Source: Octopus vulgaris
Lineage: Eukaryota
Assembly (NCBI GenBank): GCA_951406725.2
Contig: OX597818.1
Span: 496,001 to 560,000 of the forward strand
Length of the DNA stretch: 64,000 bases
Direction: 5' to 3'
The translations under genes were made by a program, and so were the position numbers. A model generated the notes under the pieces. That model saw nothing but the letters and a program-made list of their open reading frames with translations. It made no database searches and was not told the DNA's origin. Below are positions 37,754-50,674 of the stretch, one piece after another (position 1 is the stretch's first letter; every line of letters begins with the position of its first letter).

Positions 37754-39399
37754 CGCACCCGCCCTACCCACCCCCACCACCAATACCGGATATCTCTATT
37801 TTGCTCCAACTATACCGGATGTCGTTTCTCCCACCACCATTATAGGTGTCTACTCTATGAACCCCCTCTTCAATACGCTATTTCACCATGCATTACCCCT
37901 CTCTCGATATCCTACGTTCTACTTGCCTAGAACCTGTCCTCTGAACCACCCCTCCCACTGGTGCTCCCCTATATTTCTGCACCCCCCACCACCATTATAG
38001 GTGTCTACTCTTTGAACCCCCTCTTCAATACGCTATTCACCATGCATTACCCCTCTCTCGATATCCTACGTTCTACTTGCCTAGAACCTGTCCTCTGAAC
38101 CACCCCTCCCACTGGTGCTCACCCCTCCCACTGGTGCTCACCCCTCCCACTGGTGCTCCCCTATATTTCTGCACCCCCCACCACCACCATTATAGGTGTC
38201 TACTCTTTGAACCCCCCTCTTCAATACGCTATTTCACCATGCATTACCCCTCTCTCGATATCCTACGTTCTACTTGCCTAGAACCTGTCCTCTGAACCAC
38301 CCCTCCCACTGGTGCTCCCCTATATTTCTGCACCCCCCACCACCATTATAGGTGTCTACTCTTTGAACCCCCTCTTCAATACGCTATTCACCATGCATTA
38401 CCCCTCTCTCGATATCCTACGTTCTACTTGCCTAGAACCTGTCCTCTGAACCACCCCTCCCACTGGTGCTCACCCCTCCCACTGGTGCTCCCCTATATTT
38501 CTGCACCCCCCACCACCATTATAGGTGTCTACTCTTTGACCCCCCCTCTTCAATACGCTATTTCACCATGCATTACCCCTCTCTCGATATCCTACGTTCT
38601 ACTTGCCTAGAACCTGTCCTTTGAACCACCCCTCCCACTGGTGCTCCCCTATATTTCTGCACCCCCCACCACCATTATAGGTGTCTACTCTTTGAACCCC
38701 CTCTTCAATACGCTATTCACCATGCATTACCCCTCTCTCGATATCCTACGTTCTACTTGCCTAGAACCTGTCCTCTGAACCACCCCTCCCACTGGTGCTC
38801 ACCCCTCCCACTGGTGCTCCCCTATATTTCTGCACCCCCCCACCACCATTATAGGTGTCTACTCTTTGAACCCCCCTCTTCAATACGCTATTTCACCATG
38901 CATTACCCCTCTCTCGATATCCTACGTTCTACTTGCCTAGAACCTGTCCTCTGAACCACCCCTCCCACTGGTGCTCCCCTATATTTCTGCACCCCCCACC
39001 ACCATTATAGGTGTCTACTCTTTGAACCCCCTCTTCAATACGCTATTTCACCATGCATTACCCCTCTCTCGGTATCCTACGTTCTACTTGACTAGTACCT
39101 GTCCTCTAAACCACCCCTCCCACTGGTGCTCCCCTATATTTCTGCACCACCCCCATAAAAAGCACCATCCGAACGTGGCCGATGCCAGACCCCTCTGGCA
39201 CCTGTGCAGGTGGCACGTAAAAAACACCCACTACACTTGCGGAGTGGTTGGCGTTAGGAAGGGCATCCAGCTGTAGAAACACTGCCAGACTAGACTGGAG
39301 CCTGGGGCAGTCCCGAGCTCCCCAGACCCCGGTCGAAACCGTCCAACCCGTGCTAGCGCGGAAAACAGACGTTAAATGATGATGATGATGATGATGATG
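37750..39399 (+). mobile_element. Non-coding RTE-derived element: 5' UTR-like part expanded into a satellite, joined to an RTE 3' tail
   Basis: Begins GCGGCGCACCC...CCACCAATACCGG like the 46440 end of the minus-strand element. The satellite joins directly to the RTE tail (39155-39399) ending (GAT)n. Confidence 0.7.
37831..39150 (+). repeat. Satellite array: 8 units of ~156 bp, some lengthened by extra copies of a 19-bp subrepeat
   Basis: Unit CCACCACCATTATAGGTGTCTACTC...GATATCCTACGTTC...CACCCCTCCCACTGGTGCTCCCCTATATTTCTGCACCC, starting near 37831, 37987, 38181, 38338, 38511, 38667, 38841 and 38997. Confidence 0.95.
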
Positions 39400-39415
39400 A
39401 TATATATATATATAC

Positions 39416-39491
<76 letters not shown>

Positions 39492-41472
39492 ATATATATA
39501 TATACATATAAATATCTCAGTCGACTGCATGTAATTTAAACCTTACACAAGGACCACCAGAGACCCACATATCTGAGACACATACACACACATGCACATG
39601 CACACACACACACACACACACACACTGTTGTATTGTTCAATCTCGAATATTCACTTTTATTGTTAATGAGTACTTCTTAAAAATTAGCATTTTGAAAATT
39701 AGTTTCAAAGGAGGATAATAAATATGAAATATCATAATTTTGATTAGTCTAGTATAGTCATAAAATCCTTCTGACACTGGTTTAACAGAGACCACCTCCA
39801 GCCGCCAGTTCTTCAACACAAAACAGTTTTAGAGTGTTTGTATTTAAATTAAAACACTCAACCATAATTTTATGTAAAAACTTTTTACTAAATTTTGTTC
39901 CAAATATGAGATGTAATAATTAAAATGCTAATTATTTTAAATTCTACCAAATTTTTAGTTTTCAAAATCATTTAAAACACACAGGAAGCAGTATGTTTTA
40001 TTAGCAATATGATCAATAATAAATGGCTAAACTTCTTTCAAGTGTGAAATAGAGATTGGCATTATTGCTTTGAAGTGAAAGGGTTTTAAAACTATTACCA
40101 ATCTTTAGTGAAGGAATTTTGGTAAATCTGGAAACTATTCTAAAGGACTCTGATGGTAATTATCTTCAGATATATCAAGTATTTTGGTTAATATTTAATC
40201 TATGTGTGTGTGTGAGTAATATATGAGTGTTAATACCTACAGGTGACACATAAAAACAAGTTTATACTTGTTTACACTTCACAGTAAAATGTCGACAGAA
40301 TGATAAAACAGGGATACAAAGATATGTTGCAAAGAAAGACCATTGTTGATGATGATGATGATGAGGAGGAGGAAGAGGAAGAGGGGCGGATGAGGAGGAG
40401 GAGGTGGTGGTGGTAAAGGAAGGTGGTGATAGAATTATGATGATGATGATTTTCTAGATTGGTCCTTGACCATAAACATGTTAAGGAGGAGTACTGAACT
40501 GACTACAGTATATATCTAATGTTCAACACATTGATTTAGCAACAATCTCACATTGATGTGCATATAGACACATTCACACAAACATGATGGGTTTCTATAC
40601 AGTTTCCATCTACCAAGTATCATTCATAAAGTATTAGTCATCAGATATTATGAAAGAAGACACTCATTCAAAGTGATGCTGCATAATGGGATTGAACCCA
40701 GAAACATTCTTAATTGCACAATCATGTCTTTTACCATGTAATAGGCTAACAAGGATACATCTAAACAAAGTAAAACCAGTTAGAATTAACAGTCAAATCT
40801 CTTAAAGAAGTCATGGGCAAATTACTATCCGTGGGACTTTCTGAGTGGCACACTAATGAAAAATTACCTCGAACTTTTTCTAGTAGTGTAACCTGCCTGA
40901 TGATGAACTCTGTCTCATGAGGCCCACTTCTCAATAAATGTTGCCCACCTCTGTCTTAAAGAAAGGATAATGTAGTCCTAGGTATACAGATGGTCAAAGA
41001 CAAAGTTGACTTCAGTGGGGTTTAAACTTAGAATCTGGAGAGATTCTATATGGCAAGGCAGTCCTATGCTCTCCAGATTCATGCAGTCACTGATAAAACA
41101 AAGGAAGGAAGGATAGAAAAGGTAATAACATTAAATAATAAACAAAAACATTTGTGGTTTGTAGGGGTGGGGGGTTGCAGGTTATATGGTATGTCTAGCT
41201 AATTTAATAATATACTATATATGGACCTTAAATAACTCTAAACTATCATCCCCTCCTTCCTTTGTGATGATATTTTCTGGACTGTTGCAAACCCCCTCAA
41301 ATTCAGTTATCTAGTATTCCTCCACATCAACAAACTTCTCTTTATCTTCAAAGTGCTTCTTTTTCCCCAGGAGTTCTATTAATATACCACTGAATTGGTT
41401 ATGAGCCCTAACTACACCAGTTTATTTTTTGATTATCTTGAAACCCTGATTTCCACCCTGTTCACCAACCCC

Positions 41473-41550
41473 ATCACTGTATCAATTCTACCTTGCTTAT
41501 CACTGTATCAATTCTACCTTGCTTATCACTGTATCAATTCTACCTTGCTT
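41473..41550. repeat. Perfect 26-bp tandem repeat x3
   Basis: ATCACTGTATCAATTCTACCTTGCTT at 41473, 41499 and 41525. Confidence 0.95.
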
Positions 41551-41721
41551 ACCTGGGAACAGATCATTTCCTTCATTAACTCTTTCCATCTTCTTTACTT
41601 CCACCATCCTTGACACCTCCAATTACTTTCAAATATATATATGTTTATTAGAAACATTTTCTTTTTTAAGATGCTAGTGCAAAAATTAGGCTGTTTAGCA
41701 ATTAAAAGAGAAATCTTTAAT

Positions 41722-41936
41722 AATGCTTCGAATTTTGGCACAAAGCCAGCAGTTTCAGAGAAGGGGATAAGTCAAATGCATCGACTCCAGTGTTCAACTG
41801 GTTCTTATTTTATTGACTCCGAAAGGATGAAAGGCGAAGTTGAACTTGGTGGAATTTGAACTCGGAACATATGGATGGACAAAATGCCATTAAGCATTTA
41901 CCCAGCTAGCTAACAATTCTGCCAGCTCACCACCTT
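41722..41936 (-). mobile_element. Near full-length tRNA-derived (Deu/Nin-like) SINE
   Basis: Reverse complement of the 30771-30985 family, with A and B boxes. Confidence 0.85.
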
Positions 41937-42809
41937 AGAAATCTGTAGTAATGATATTTGATAAGTGACTTTTAAGCATTTACAAATTTGTTTCACTTAT
42001 TTAGGATACCCAAACATATTTTTGTATTTTCTTGGAATGATTTGTTTTTATAATCAATCCTGCAGTTATATGTACCTAAAAACCATAGATAGCTATAGAC
42101 ATTTTCAGTTTCATTTACTTCGCTAAACTTGGCCACAAATATTTAAAAATTCCAGACTCCCACTGCCACTTTGATTTCTCCTGCTGCCACTCACATTATG
42201 TAATACATATCCTTTCATTTTTAACAACTTTGAGCAGCTCCAAATCCACTCCATTTGTTCCTCAATGACATATACTACATCAACTGTCAGCTCTTTACAG
42301 CTCTCTCTCAATACATAGTTGAAACTGGTTAAGGTTTGTCAGATTGCTTCAAAGAGTTCTTGCATGATATTTATCACAACACCCTCAGCCCCTATAACTC
42401 TGTAGCTCACCATTTCAACTTCACAGGCCACCACTCCCATTTTCTATTCTGGCTTCACTCAAACATCATGAACTAATCTGCTATGATTTCTTTTCCATTT
42501 CCTCTAACATGGGCATCAACAACTGTCTATGTTCTCCTTTAATCACCACCCATCTCCTTTCACTAGTCCTCCCCCTCAATGCACACTGACACACAGATTC
42601 ATACTATACATCCCACCTACTCATATGCCCACCCTCCACACATACGTGCTAACTTATGACTAAAATACTCATACACACTGCTTATAAATCATTTTGCCTG
42701 TATCTTAAACTTCTACCTATTATCAGTCTCTATACCCCTCTACTCACAAACCACATACCTACTCACCTACCTACTCACTTCATTCATTATTACTATGATT
42801 CTTGTATGA

Positions 42810-42957
42810 CAATAGCGGTTCGGCAAAAAGAGACCGATAGAATAAGTACTGGGCTTACAAAAAGAATAAGTCCCGGGGTCGAGTTGCTTGACTAAAGGCG
42901 GTGCTCCAGCATGGCCACAGTCAAATGACTGAGACAAGTAAAAGAGTAAAAGAGTAA
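42810..42957 (+). mobile_element. 3' half of a CORE-type SINE with LINE-derived tail
   Basis: TAGCGGTTCGGCAAAAAGAGACCGATAGAATAAGTAC...GGCGGTGCTCCAGCATGGCCACAGTCAAATGACTG..(AAAGAGTA)n; matches 54124-54270 in reverse. Confidence 0.85.
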
Positions 42958-43534
42958 TACAGATGTGTTTGTCTTTTCTATTCTCTCTCCTCTACATTCA
43001 GAACATTTGTCAATTTCTTTTCTCACAGCAATTACATATTTATTTTTATTACTATTTCCATTCAATAACTTGTTACTGACCTGTACAGGATTCCTTGGAT
43101 TCTGAATCTTAACTCTTTCTTTCTGACACTCACTCCCAGTCCAAGGACAAGATCCCAAAAGATAAGAGAAGAGCTTAAGTTCAATCACTTTGAGGAGGGA
43201 ATAATATAAACTCTTCTGTCGACTAACTGGTGCCAACACAAACAATCACCAATTTCCTTGCAGATTTCACCATGTGTCTGTGGGGGTAAGGTGTATTGAG
43301 TTGGAATGATGTGGGAGTTTGAAATTAAGAGCAATAAATATAATTTTTCATACTTTTCCTCCTAATCATATTCAAAGACACTATCCCTTAGTGAGGAGTA
43401 CACTTAACTTCCTTTATCTTTTACTGAGGTAATTTTTTATCATCAACAATTCAGAGTCTGTCTGTTTTTAATTTAGATAAAGAAAAAATTTTAACTAATT
43501 TGAAATATAACCAACATAGACATACACAAATATC

Positions 43535-43835
43535 AGCATCATCATCATCAGTTAGCATCAGTTTTCCATGCTGGCATGGGTTAGATGGTAAGCTAGAGAG
43601 CAGTGCCAGGTCCAGTCTGTTTTGGCTTCATTCCTACAGCTGGATGCCCTCCCTAATGCCACTCAATCCATGGAGCACAAGTGCCTGTAATGTGTCACTG
43701 GCATGGGTGCCTTTCACATGTCACTGGCACCTCACATGTGTCACTAGCATGGGTGCCTCGCACATGTCACTAGCATGAGAGCTTCACATGTTTCACCAGC
43801 ACAGGTGCCTTTCATGTTTCACCAGCACTGGCCAT
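43535..43835 (-). mobile_element. Old RTE-type tail with a degenerate ~20-25-bp minisatellite (CACATGTCACTGGCATGGGTGCCT-like)
   Basis: CATCATCAT..TTTCCATGCTGGCATGGGTTAGATGG...GCTGGATGCCCT, then repeated TCACATGTCAC(T/C)(A/G)GCA units. Confidence 0.6.
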
Positions 43836-44974
43836 GACTATAATTCTACATATTTATACATCCACAACCTTGTCACCCCCACCAAAAAAGCACTACAACC
43901 CTAAATTTACTAATACTAATTAGGTTCTGACTGAAAGTAGTTGTACTTTAAATTAAACTTTTTTTTTTGCAAATCCCGAATCTCTGATAATCAGAACATA
44001 AATATCTAAGGTCCACTGAGAAGAAAAAAGTTTACTCTGGAAAAAAAAGAAGAGGGTCTAATCTAATGGAAGAGTTTTGATCACATTAATGGATTAGTGT
44101 TATGGTTGAATTAAACTAATAGACAACACAACATCCATTACTAAGAATCAGTCATTCAATTAATTATTCCTACACAGACAAGTACTTTCTTCATTCTGCC
44201 TCTTTCAACACTACTACAACACACTCTCTCTCTCTCTCTCACTCACTCTCTCTCTCTCTCTGCGTTTCTGTCCACCAAATTTCGCTCACAAGGCTCTCTG
44301 GTAAACCTTGCCCAAAGTACCATGCAGTGGGATTGATCTCCAAAGCATATGGTTGCAATACAAACCTTTTAACCTCACAGCAATGCTTGCACCCACACAG
44401 TTGATGGGAGTGATATTTACCTGTTATTTCTAGCAGGTCAGTTAAACATGTAGAGGCTCCTCTCTCATGCAATATCAAACTATTTGTTGCTGTTTACATA
44501 CAATAATAGTAAAACTTTGAAGTCTTCTTTTTCCTGCTTTTTTTTGCTGGGAAACTGCTTGAGTCATCTAAACAGATAATGTTCACTCTCTCCATCACTA
44601 CACACCACCACCACCATCACCCACAAATACATCCCCATGACACAGCACCACCACCCTTACCAACCACACCATTTCTACCCACAGATTCTTCACAGCTACC
44701 ACCTACAGCCATCACAATATTCCATCCTGACACACCACCAACCCGCCCACAATATCATCAACTACCACCCATCACCTTCACTGATGACAACAACGATGCT
44801 GCTGCTGCCGCCACCACCACCACTACCATTTCCAACCACAATTGCTAGTTTCAGCTGTTCTCAGTAACAACATAAACAAGACATACCAACAAGGCAGTAA
44901 ACAGATTGGGGAGGAGGGAGTTTCCTCTAAATGCATAGGTAAAGAGAGGTAAGTCTGCAAGACAATATTTAGAT

Positions 44975-44977
<3 letters not shown>

Positions 44978-45020
<43 letters not shown>

Positions 45021-45335
45021 CATACATACATACATATATACATATATATATATACATATATACATACACATATATACATACATATATATATATACATATA
45101 TACATACACATATATACATACATATATATATATATATATATACATACACATACATATGTATATATATACATACACATACATATGTATATATATACATACA
45201 CATACATATGTATATATATACACATACATATGTATATATATACACATACATATGTATATATATACACATACATATATATATATATATATACACATACATA
45301 TGTATATATATACACATACATATATATATATATAT

Positions 45336-45380
<45 letters not shown>

Positions 45381-45489
45381 CGCATACATATGTATATATA
45401 TACACATACACATACATATATATATATATACACATACACATATATATATACACATACATATATATATATATATATATACATACGCATAC
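44978..45489. repeat. Compound (TA)n/(CATA)n microsatellite
   Basis: Directly visible; source of the spurious Y/I/M/V/C ORFs. Confidence 0.97.
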
Positions 45490-46745
45490 ATCATCATCAT
45501 CATCATCATCATCATCGTTTAACGTCCGCTTTCCGCGCTAGCACGGGTTGGACGGTTTGACCGGGTCTGGGAAGCCAGGGGCCGCACCAGGCTCCAGTCT
45601 GAATCTGGCAGAGTTTCTACGGCTGGATGCCCTTCCTAACGCCAACCACTCCGTGAGTGGATTGGGTGCTTTTTACGTGCCACCTGCACAGGGGCCGGAG
45701 GGTCCGGCATCGTCACGATCGGTTCGAGCATTTTAACGTGTCAGCGACACGGGGGCAACGAGGTCCGGGGTACTTTGGGGATCGGGGTACTTTGGGGATC
45801 CAGGGTACTTTGGGGATCCGGGGTACTTAGAATGGGTAGGGGGTATGTGGAATTGCTGCAGAAAGCAGCCCGGGTCTTTGTAGTCACAGCATTTATCGTC
45901 ACTGAGTAACGTAATTAGGTAGAGGAAAGAAATACAGATATTCTAGAGTTGAGTTGGGGAGGGGGGTCCAGTTGAGGCGGGTAATATAGGGGAGCAACCA
46001 GTGGGAAGGTTGGGGTAAGGAGGAACGATGGCAGGAAGGGTTGGTGTAGGTTCCTAAGAAATAAAAACGTAGGATATTACGAGGCGGGAGGGTACTAAAG
46101 GGGATGGTCGGAATGAGGCAGTGTCAGGAGGAAGCGTAAGATCGGTGGGCAGTTGATGAGCTATGGCGCTAACAGCTTGTCTTTTCACAGTGAAAGTATA
46201 TGAGGAGAAGGGGTAGTGGGGGGAGGGGGAGGGAGTAGGGCGTACCCGGTGTAGATGAGTAAGGCGTATCCGGTGTAGATGGTGAGAACTGGGTATACTG
46301 GTATTGGTGGTGGGGGGTGAGAACAGTGTTCACCGGTATTGGTGGTGGTGGCGGTGAGAACAGTGTTCACCGGTATTGGTGGTGGGGGTGAGAACAATGT
46401 TCATCGGTATTGGTGGGGGGGGGGCGCACCGCCACTGGCGGAAAGATGGGAAGAGATGGGATTACGGCTTGAGGCAGCCTAAGGTTAAATTTTGTAGAGA
46501 GAGAGATAGGAAAGATAAATCAAGTTATGGCGAAGGCTTGAAAGTAGCCTAAAAGGTTAAATTTTCGTAACAGTGTATGAATAAACGTAGTAACAACAAA
46601 TAAAAAAAAAGAGTAAGATAAATTTTTAAGAACTTGCTGCGGGCATCGACCAGGAGTTGAAATTGAAGAAGAAAGTAAGTTGAATTGGGAATTTAAATTG
46701 CAGAATCGTAATGGTAATGGCGATTTTCAAGTTTTAGCATAAGAA
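45490..46745 (-). mobile_element. Non-coding bipartite RTE derivative (5' UTR-like region plus 3' tail) with internal minisatellites
   Basis: RTE tail at 45490-45730; GGGGTACTTTGGGGATC x4 (~45767-45830); ~36-39-bp CCGGTATTGGTGGTGGGGGTGAGAACAGTGTTCA x4 (~46290-46420). Reverse complement contains ATATCCTACGTT and CCCACTGGTTGCTCCCCTATATT, shared with the satellite monomer. No ORF. Confidence 0.7.
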
Positions 46746-46816
46746 TATATATATATATATACATACACATACATATATATATATATACATACACATACAT
46801 ATATATATATATACAT

Positions 46817-46865
<49 letters not shown>

Positions 46866-46869
<4 letters not shown>

Positions 46870-47015
46870 GGCTCGAAACGTTAAAGACTTGTTTCATTTA
46901 TATTTCCTGAGCACCATACTAATACAATTGTTTGTTTGTATTCCACCTGCCTTCGTCTTTTGTTTATTTCCGTAAACCTGCCTTCGTCTTTTGTCTATTT
47001 TCATAAAGCTTACCG
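46866..47015 (+). mobile_element. Penelope-like terminal-repeat fragment between TA microsatellites; reverse homologue at ~34440-34560
   Basis: TAGGCTCGAAACGTTAAAGAC (3' half of a minimal hammerhead-like motif)...TTCCTGAGCA.CA.ACTAATACA...TTGTTT...CACCTG.CTT.GT.TTTTG. Confidence 0.5.
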
Positions 47016-47106
47016 TTATATATATACATACACATACATATATATATATACATACACATACATATATATATATACATACACATACATATATATATATACA
47101 TACATA

Positions 47107-47628
47107 CAGGATGGAGACGCGGGCACTGATGAAAAAGGTCACCCCCACCTGGTAGACGCCCAGGAAGAAAACTCCAGTGAGAAACCTGCCAGGGAGGTAA
47201 ACCCAAGTGCGGGTGCTCCTACCTGCACCAAAAGCCATGGACATGGAGATGAAAGAACCAAAAAAGGAGGAAAAACTAAAACTAAAACTCAGGCAAAACC
47301 AAAAAACGAAACAGCCAAGGATAGAAGCAAACCTAACTATCCATATGCCAAAAAGGATGGAAACAAGCAGCGCACACGGGTATGTAGCTTCTACCTGAGA
47401 GGTGCCTGCCGGCATGGAGAGGAAGGTGCAGGTTGCCATTTTGCACATCCAGGACCCTACCGCAGAAACCAACCACCGAAAGGAAAAGGGATGGACCACG
47501 CACCACCTGCCCCAAAACGGTTGTACGCAGATGTGGTGCGTGCCACAAACCGCCAACGTGTTGTTGAAAGGGCAGCTGCTGAGCAAGAATTTTTTTTGTG
47601 CATGGCACAAAAGATTTACAGCAGCTAA
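47107..47628 (+). pseudogene. LINE ORF1 C-terminal part: basic region plus CCCH zinc finger
   Basis: Lys-rich segment followed by CSFYLRGACRHGEEGAGCHFAH (C-x7-C-x8-C-x3-H). The upstream part of track ORF 46936 is microsatellite read-through. Confidence 0.75.
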
Positions 47629-47656
47629 CCTGGCTCCATCAAACGCAAGCTCGCAG

Positions 47657-50600
47657 ATGGGACTACCCACAGTTCACAAGACCACCACAGCAAATAGACC
47701 CAAGGTGGACACCACCGGCAACAGTATACACCTCACCTCAATGCTCCTACTGAACATCAGAGGACTACTAACACACAGTAACAGGACAAAAGTCCCGTTC
47801 TTGAGAGACTTTGTTGCATGCAATCAAGCCTTATGCATAGCACTTACGGAAACACACCTGAAACCGGACATAGCGGATGCGGAATTACACATACCACAGT
47901 ATGTTGTACTACGGACCGACAGAAAAGAAAGGAGTCATGGAGGAGTTGCTATGTACATCCGTGAGGACCTCACACCCCAGGTCCTTTTGTCATACTCAAA
48001 CTCGGTGTGTGACATACTAATTGTACATGTAAGGCAACTTGGTGTAGTTGTGTGTGCTACATATCGCCCTTCAGATGCCCCAAGCCATATGGGCAAGTTT
48101 GAAGACTGCCTTATAAAAATAGAAGAAGTTCTAGTCACACTAGAACAGCACATAAGTGTACTTCTCATGGGAGACTTCAACCTACCCAATGCCAGATGGC
48201 CCGAGGGCCTTTCTCTCCCAGGAATGACACGAGGTGAACAGGGACAGGTGAAGTCCCTCCTGAACCTCATCAACATGGAGCAAGTAATACTCCAACCAAC
48301 CAGGGCAGGTAACACACTGGACCTCTGCTTCACAAATAATATGGATCTCATCCATAATGTGAAAGTGACACCGACACTACTCTCGGATCACAACATGGTA
48401 GAGCTGACTATGTACGGGCCAAAGAAAAACATGGACATGCAGCCTACAAGAAGCTCTCAGAATCTTTCCAGCTTGAACTTCAATAAGGCAAACTGGAAAC
48501 AAATTGAGAAAGAGATCCTCAAACAAAACTGGCTTGAATGTCTCTCCTCGCCAGACATCGACATGAAACTTCAACAATTCATGTCTGTAATGCATGAAAC
48601 TTCAACAATTCATGTCTGTAATGCAAGCCATATGCTACAAATGTGTCCCAGAGAGAAAGGCCACTGTACACAAGAACAAAATCTCCAGAGAGAGGAAAAT
48701 TTTAATGAGACGGCGTACAAAAATTTCAAATCGCCTAAACAAACAAATTGAAAGCAGTGAAAAGTCCCGCCTGAAAATAAAACTGTTGGAAATTGAAAAA
48801 TGTCTGCGACTCTCCCATGAAAAGGAAAGAGCAGACAAAGAAGCCTGGGCTATAGACAACATAAAAACTAACCCCAGAGCTTTCTACAGGTATGCCAAAG
48901 AAACAGCTACGGTGCACTGTAGGATAGGGCCACTCCTTGAAAAGGATGGCACACTCACAGGAAAACCAATGAGGGTACGTGAAATACTGAATGAGCAATT
49001 CAAGAGTGTTTTCACTCCACCCCTTGGGCATTTCCAAATCAGCAATCCAACTGACTTCTTTACCACTGCAGATATAAAATCAGAGGCGGCGACGATAAAT
49101 TACATCGATATAAAGGAAGACGATGCAATAAAGGCTATAGATGAAATGAAAACAGACTCAGCTATTGGCCCCGATGGATTCTCGGCAATCCTCCTAAAAG
49201 TATGTAAGAGAGTCCTAACAAGACCACTGCAGTTCCTCTTTCAGAGCTTCCTTGCAGCTGGCAAACTTCCAAGAAAACTGAAGGAAGGTAAAATATGCCC
49301 AAATTCATAAAGGAGGTAGCAGAGCGGAGGCCAAGAACTACAGACCTATCTCTCTGACCTCACACATCAGCAAGGTCATGGAACGAATAGTCAGAAGGAA
49401 ACTAATCACCTTCCTTGAAGAAAATGACTTGATAACTGACACCCAACATGGTTTCCGACCAGGAAGAAGCTGCTTAACTCAGCTCCTACAACACTATGAC
49501 TGGGTGCTGAAACAACTGCTCAACCACTCAAATGTGGAAGTCATATATCTCGACTTTGCAAAGGCCTTTGATAAAGTCGATCATGGAATGATATGTCACA
49601 AACTGCGTGATCTTGGCATAGTTGGAAAATAGAAGTCAGGTGGTAGCAGCCACTTCCATTAACACGCAAATAGTGAGCGGTGTTCCGCAGGGCACTGTTT
49701 TGGGACCACTACTGTTCATAATGGCCCTCTCAGACATGCCCTCAGCCACGCAGAGAGCCACGATCACAAGTTATGCAGATGATACAAAAGTTTCACAGGC
49801 AATACAGAACCCTGAAGACACTAAGCACCTGCAATGTGAGCTAGACGAAATATACAAGTGGGCTGAAAAGAATAGCATGCAGTTCAATGCTGAAAAGTTT
49901 CAAGCTTTATACTATCAGCATGCAAAACTGAATGCAATACCCAATGAATACACTGGACCCGGAGGGATTGCAATCCCAGAGGCACAATCAGTGCGTGACC
50001 TGGGTATTCACATGAGTGATGACGCGACCTTTCATGTACATGTTGCTAAACTGACAATGAAATGTAGACGGGTGGCTGGATGGATTCTTAGAACCTTTAG
50101 AACAAGAGAACAAGAAACCATGATGGTCCTCTGGAAGACACTTGTCCTAAGCCACTTTGACTATTGCTCTCAGTTATGGTCACAATCCAGTGTCAAGTTG
50201 ATCACAGAACTTGAGGCGATCCAACGAAGCTACACGAAGAAGATAGCCTCTGTGCAGCATATGAGCTACTGAGAAAGACTCAAGAGATTAAAGCTCTATT
50301 CCCTGGAGCGTAGGTGAGAAAGATATGCCATAATATATATCTGGAAGATCCTGGAAGGACTTGTCCCAGACTTTGGCATCGAGAGTCACACAAATGCCAG
50401 AACCGGACGCCACTGCGTAGTACCAAGGACTCCAAATTTGCCATCAAGATGTAGGACAAGATATTGTGATAGCCTTGGCTTCAGAGGCCAACAGCTCTTC
50501 AATATCCTCCCGAAGAACCTGCATGGTGTAGATGTGGATGTCTTTAAAGTAGGACTGGATCTCTTCCTGTCAGGTGTCCCGGATGAACCAACTTCACGGC

Positions 50601-50674
50601 AGGAGGTGCAGATGAGGGCAGCTGCATCGAACTCTCTCATGCATCAGATGGCGTTTGCTAAAAAGCATCCATGA
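47657..50674 (+). pseudogene. LINE ORF2 (APE endonuclease plus reverse transcriptase), disrupted
   Basis: Broken by a 31-bp tandem duplication (48563-48593/48594-48624), a +1 insertion near 49300 relative to the sibling at 37120, a deletion near 49628, TGA stops at ~50270 and ~50315, and a 9-bp deletion near 50520. Confidence 0.92.

Noticed and set aside
37733-39276. Repeated ORFs MPRTCPLNHPSHWCSP...
   Set aside because: By-products of the satellite; frames shift between units with homopolymer length.
47585-47630. T8 slippery-like run in the ORF1/ORF2 overlap
   Set aside because: The ORF2 frame is +1 relative to ORF1, so a -1 frameshift would not join them; ORF2 has its own ATGs after the ORF1 stop.
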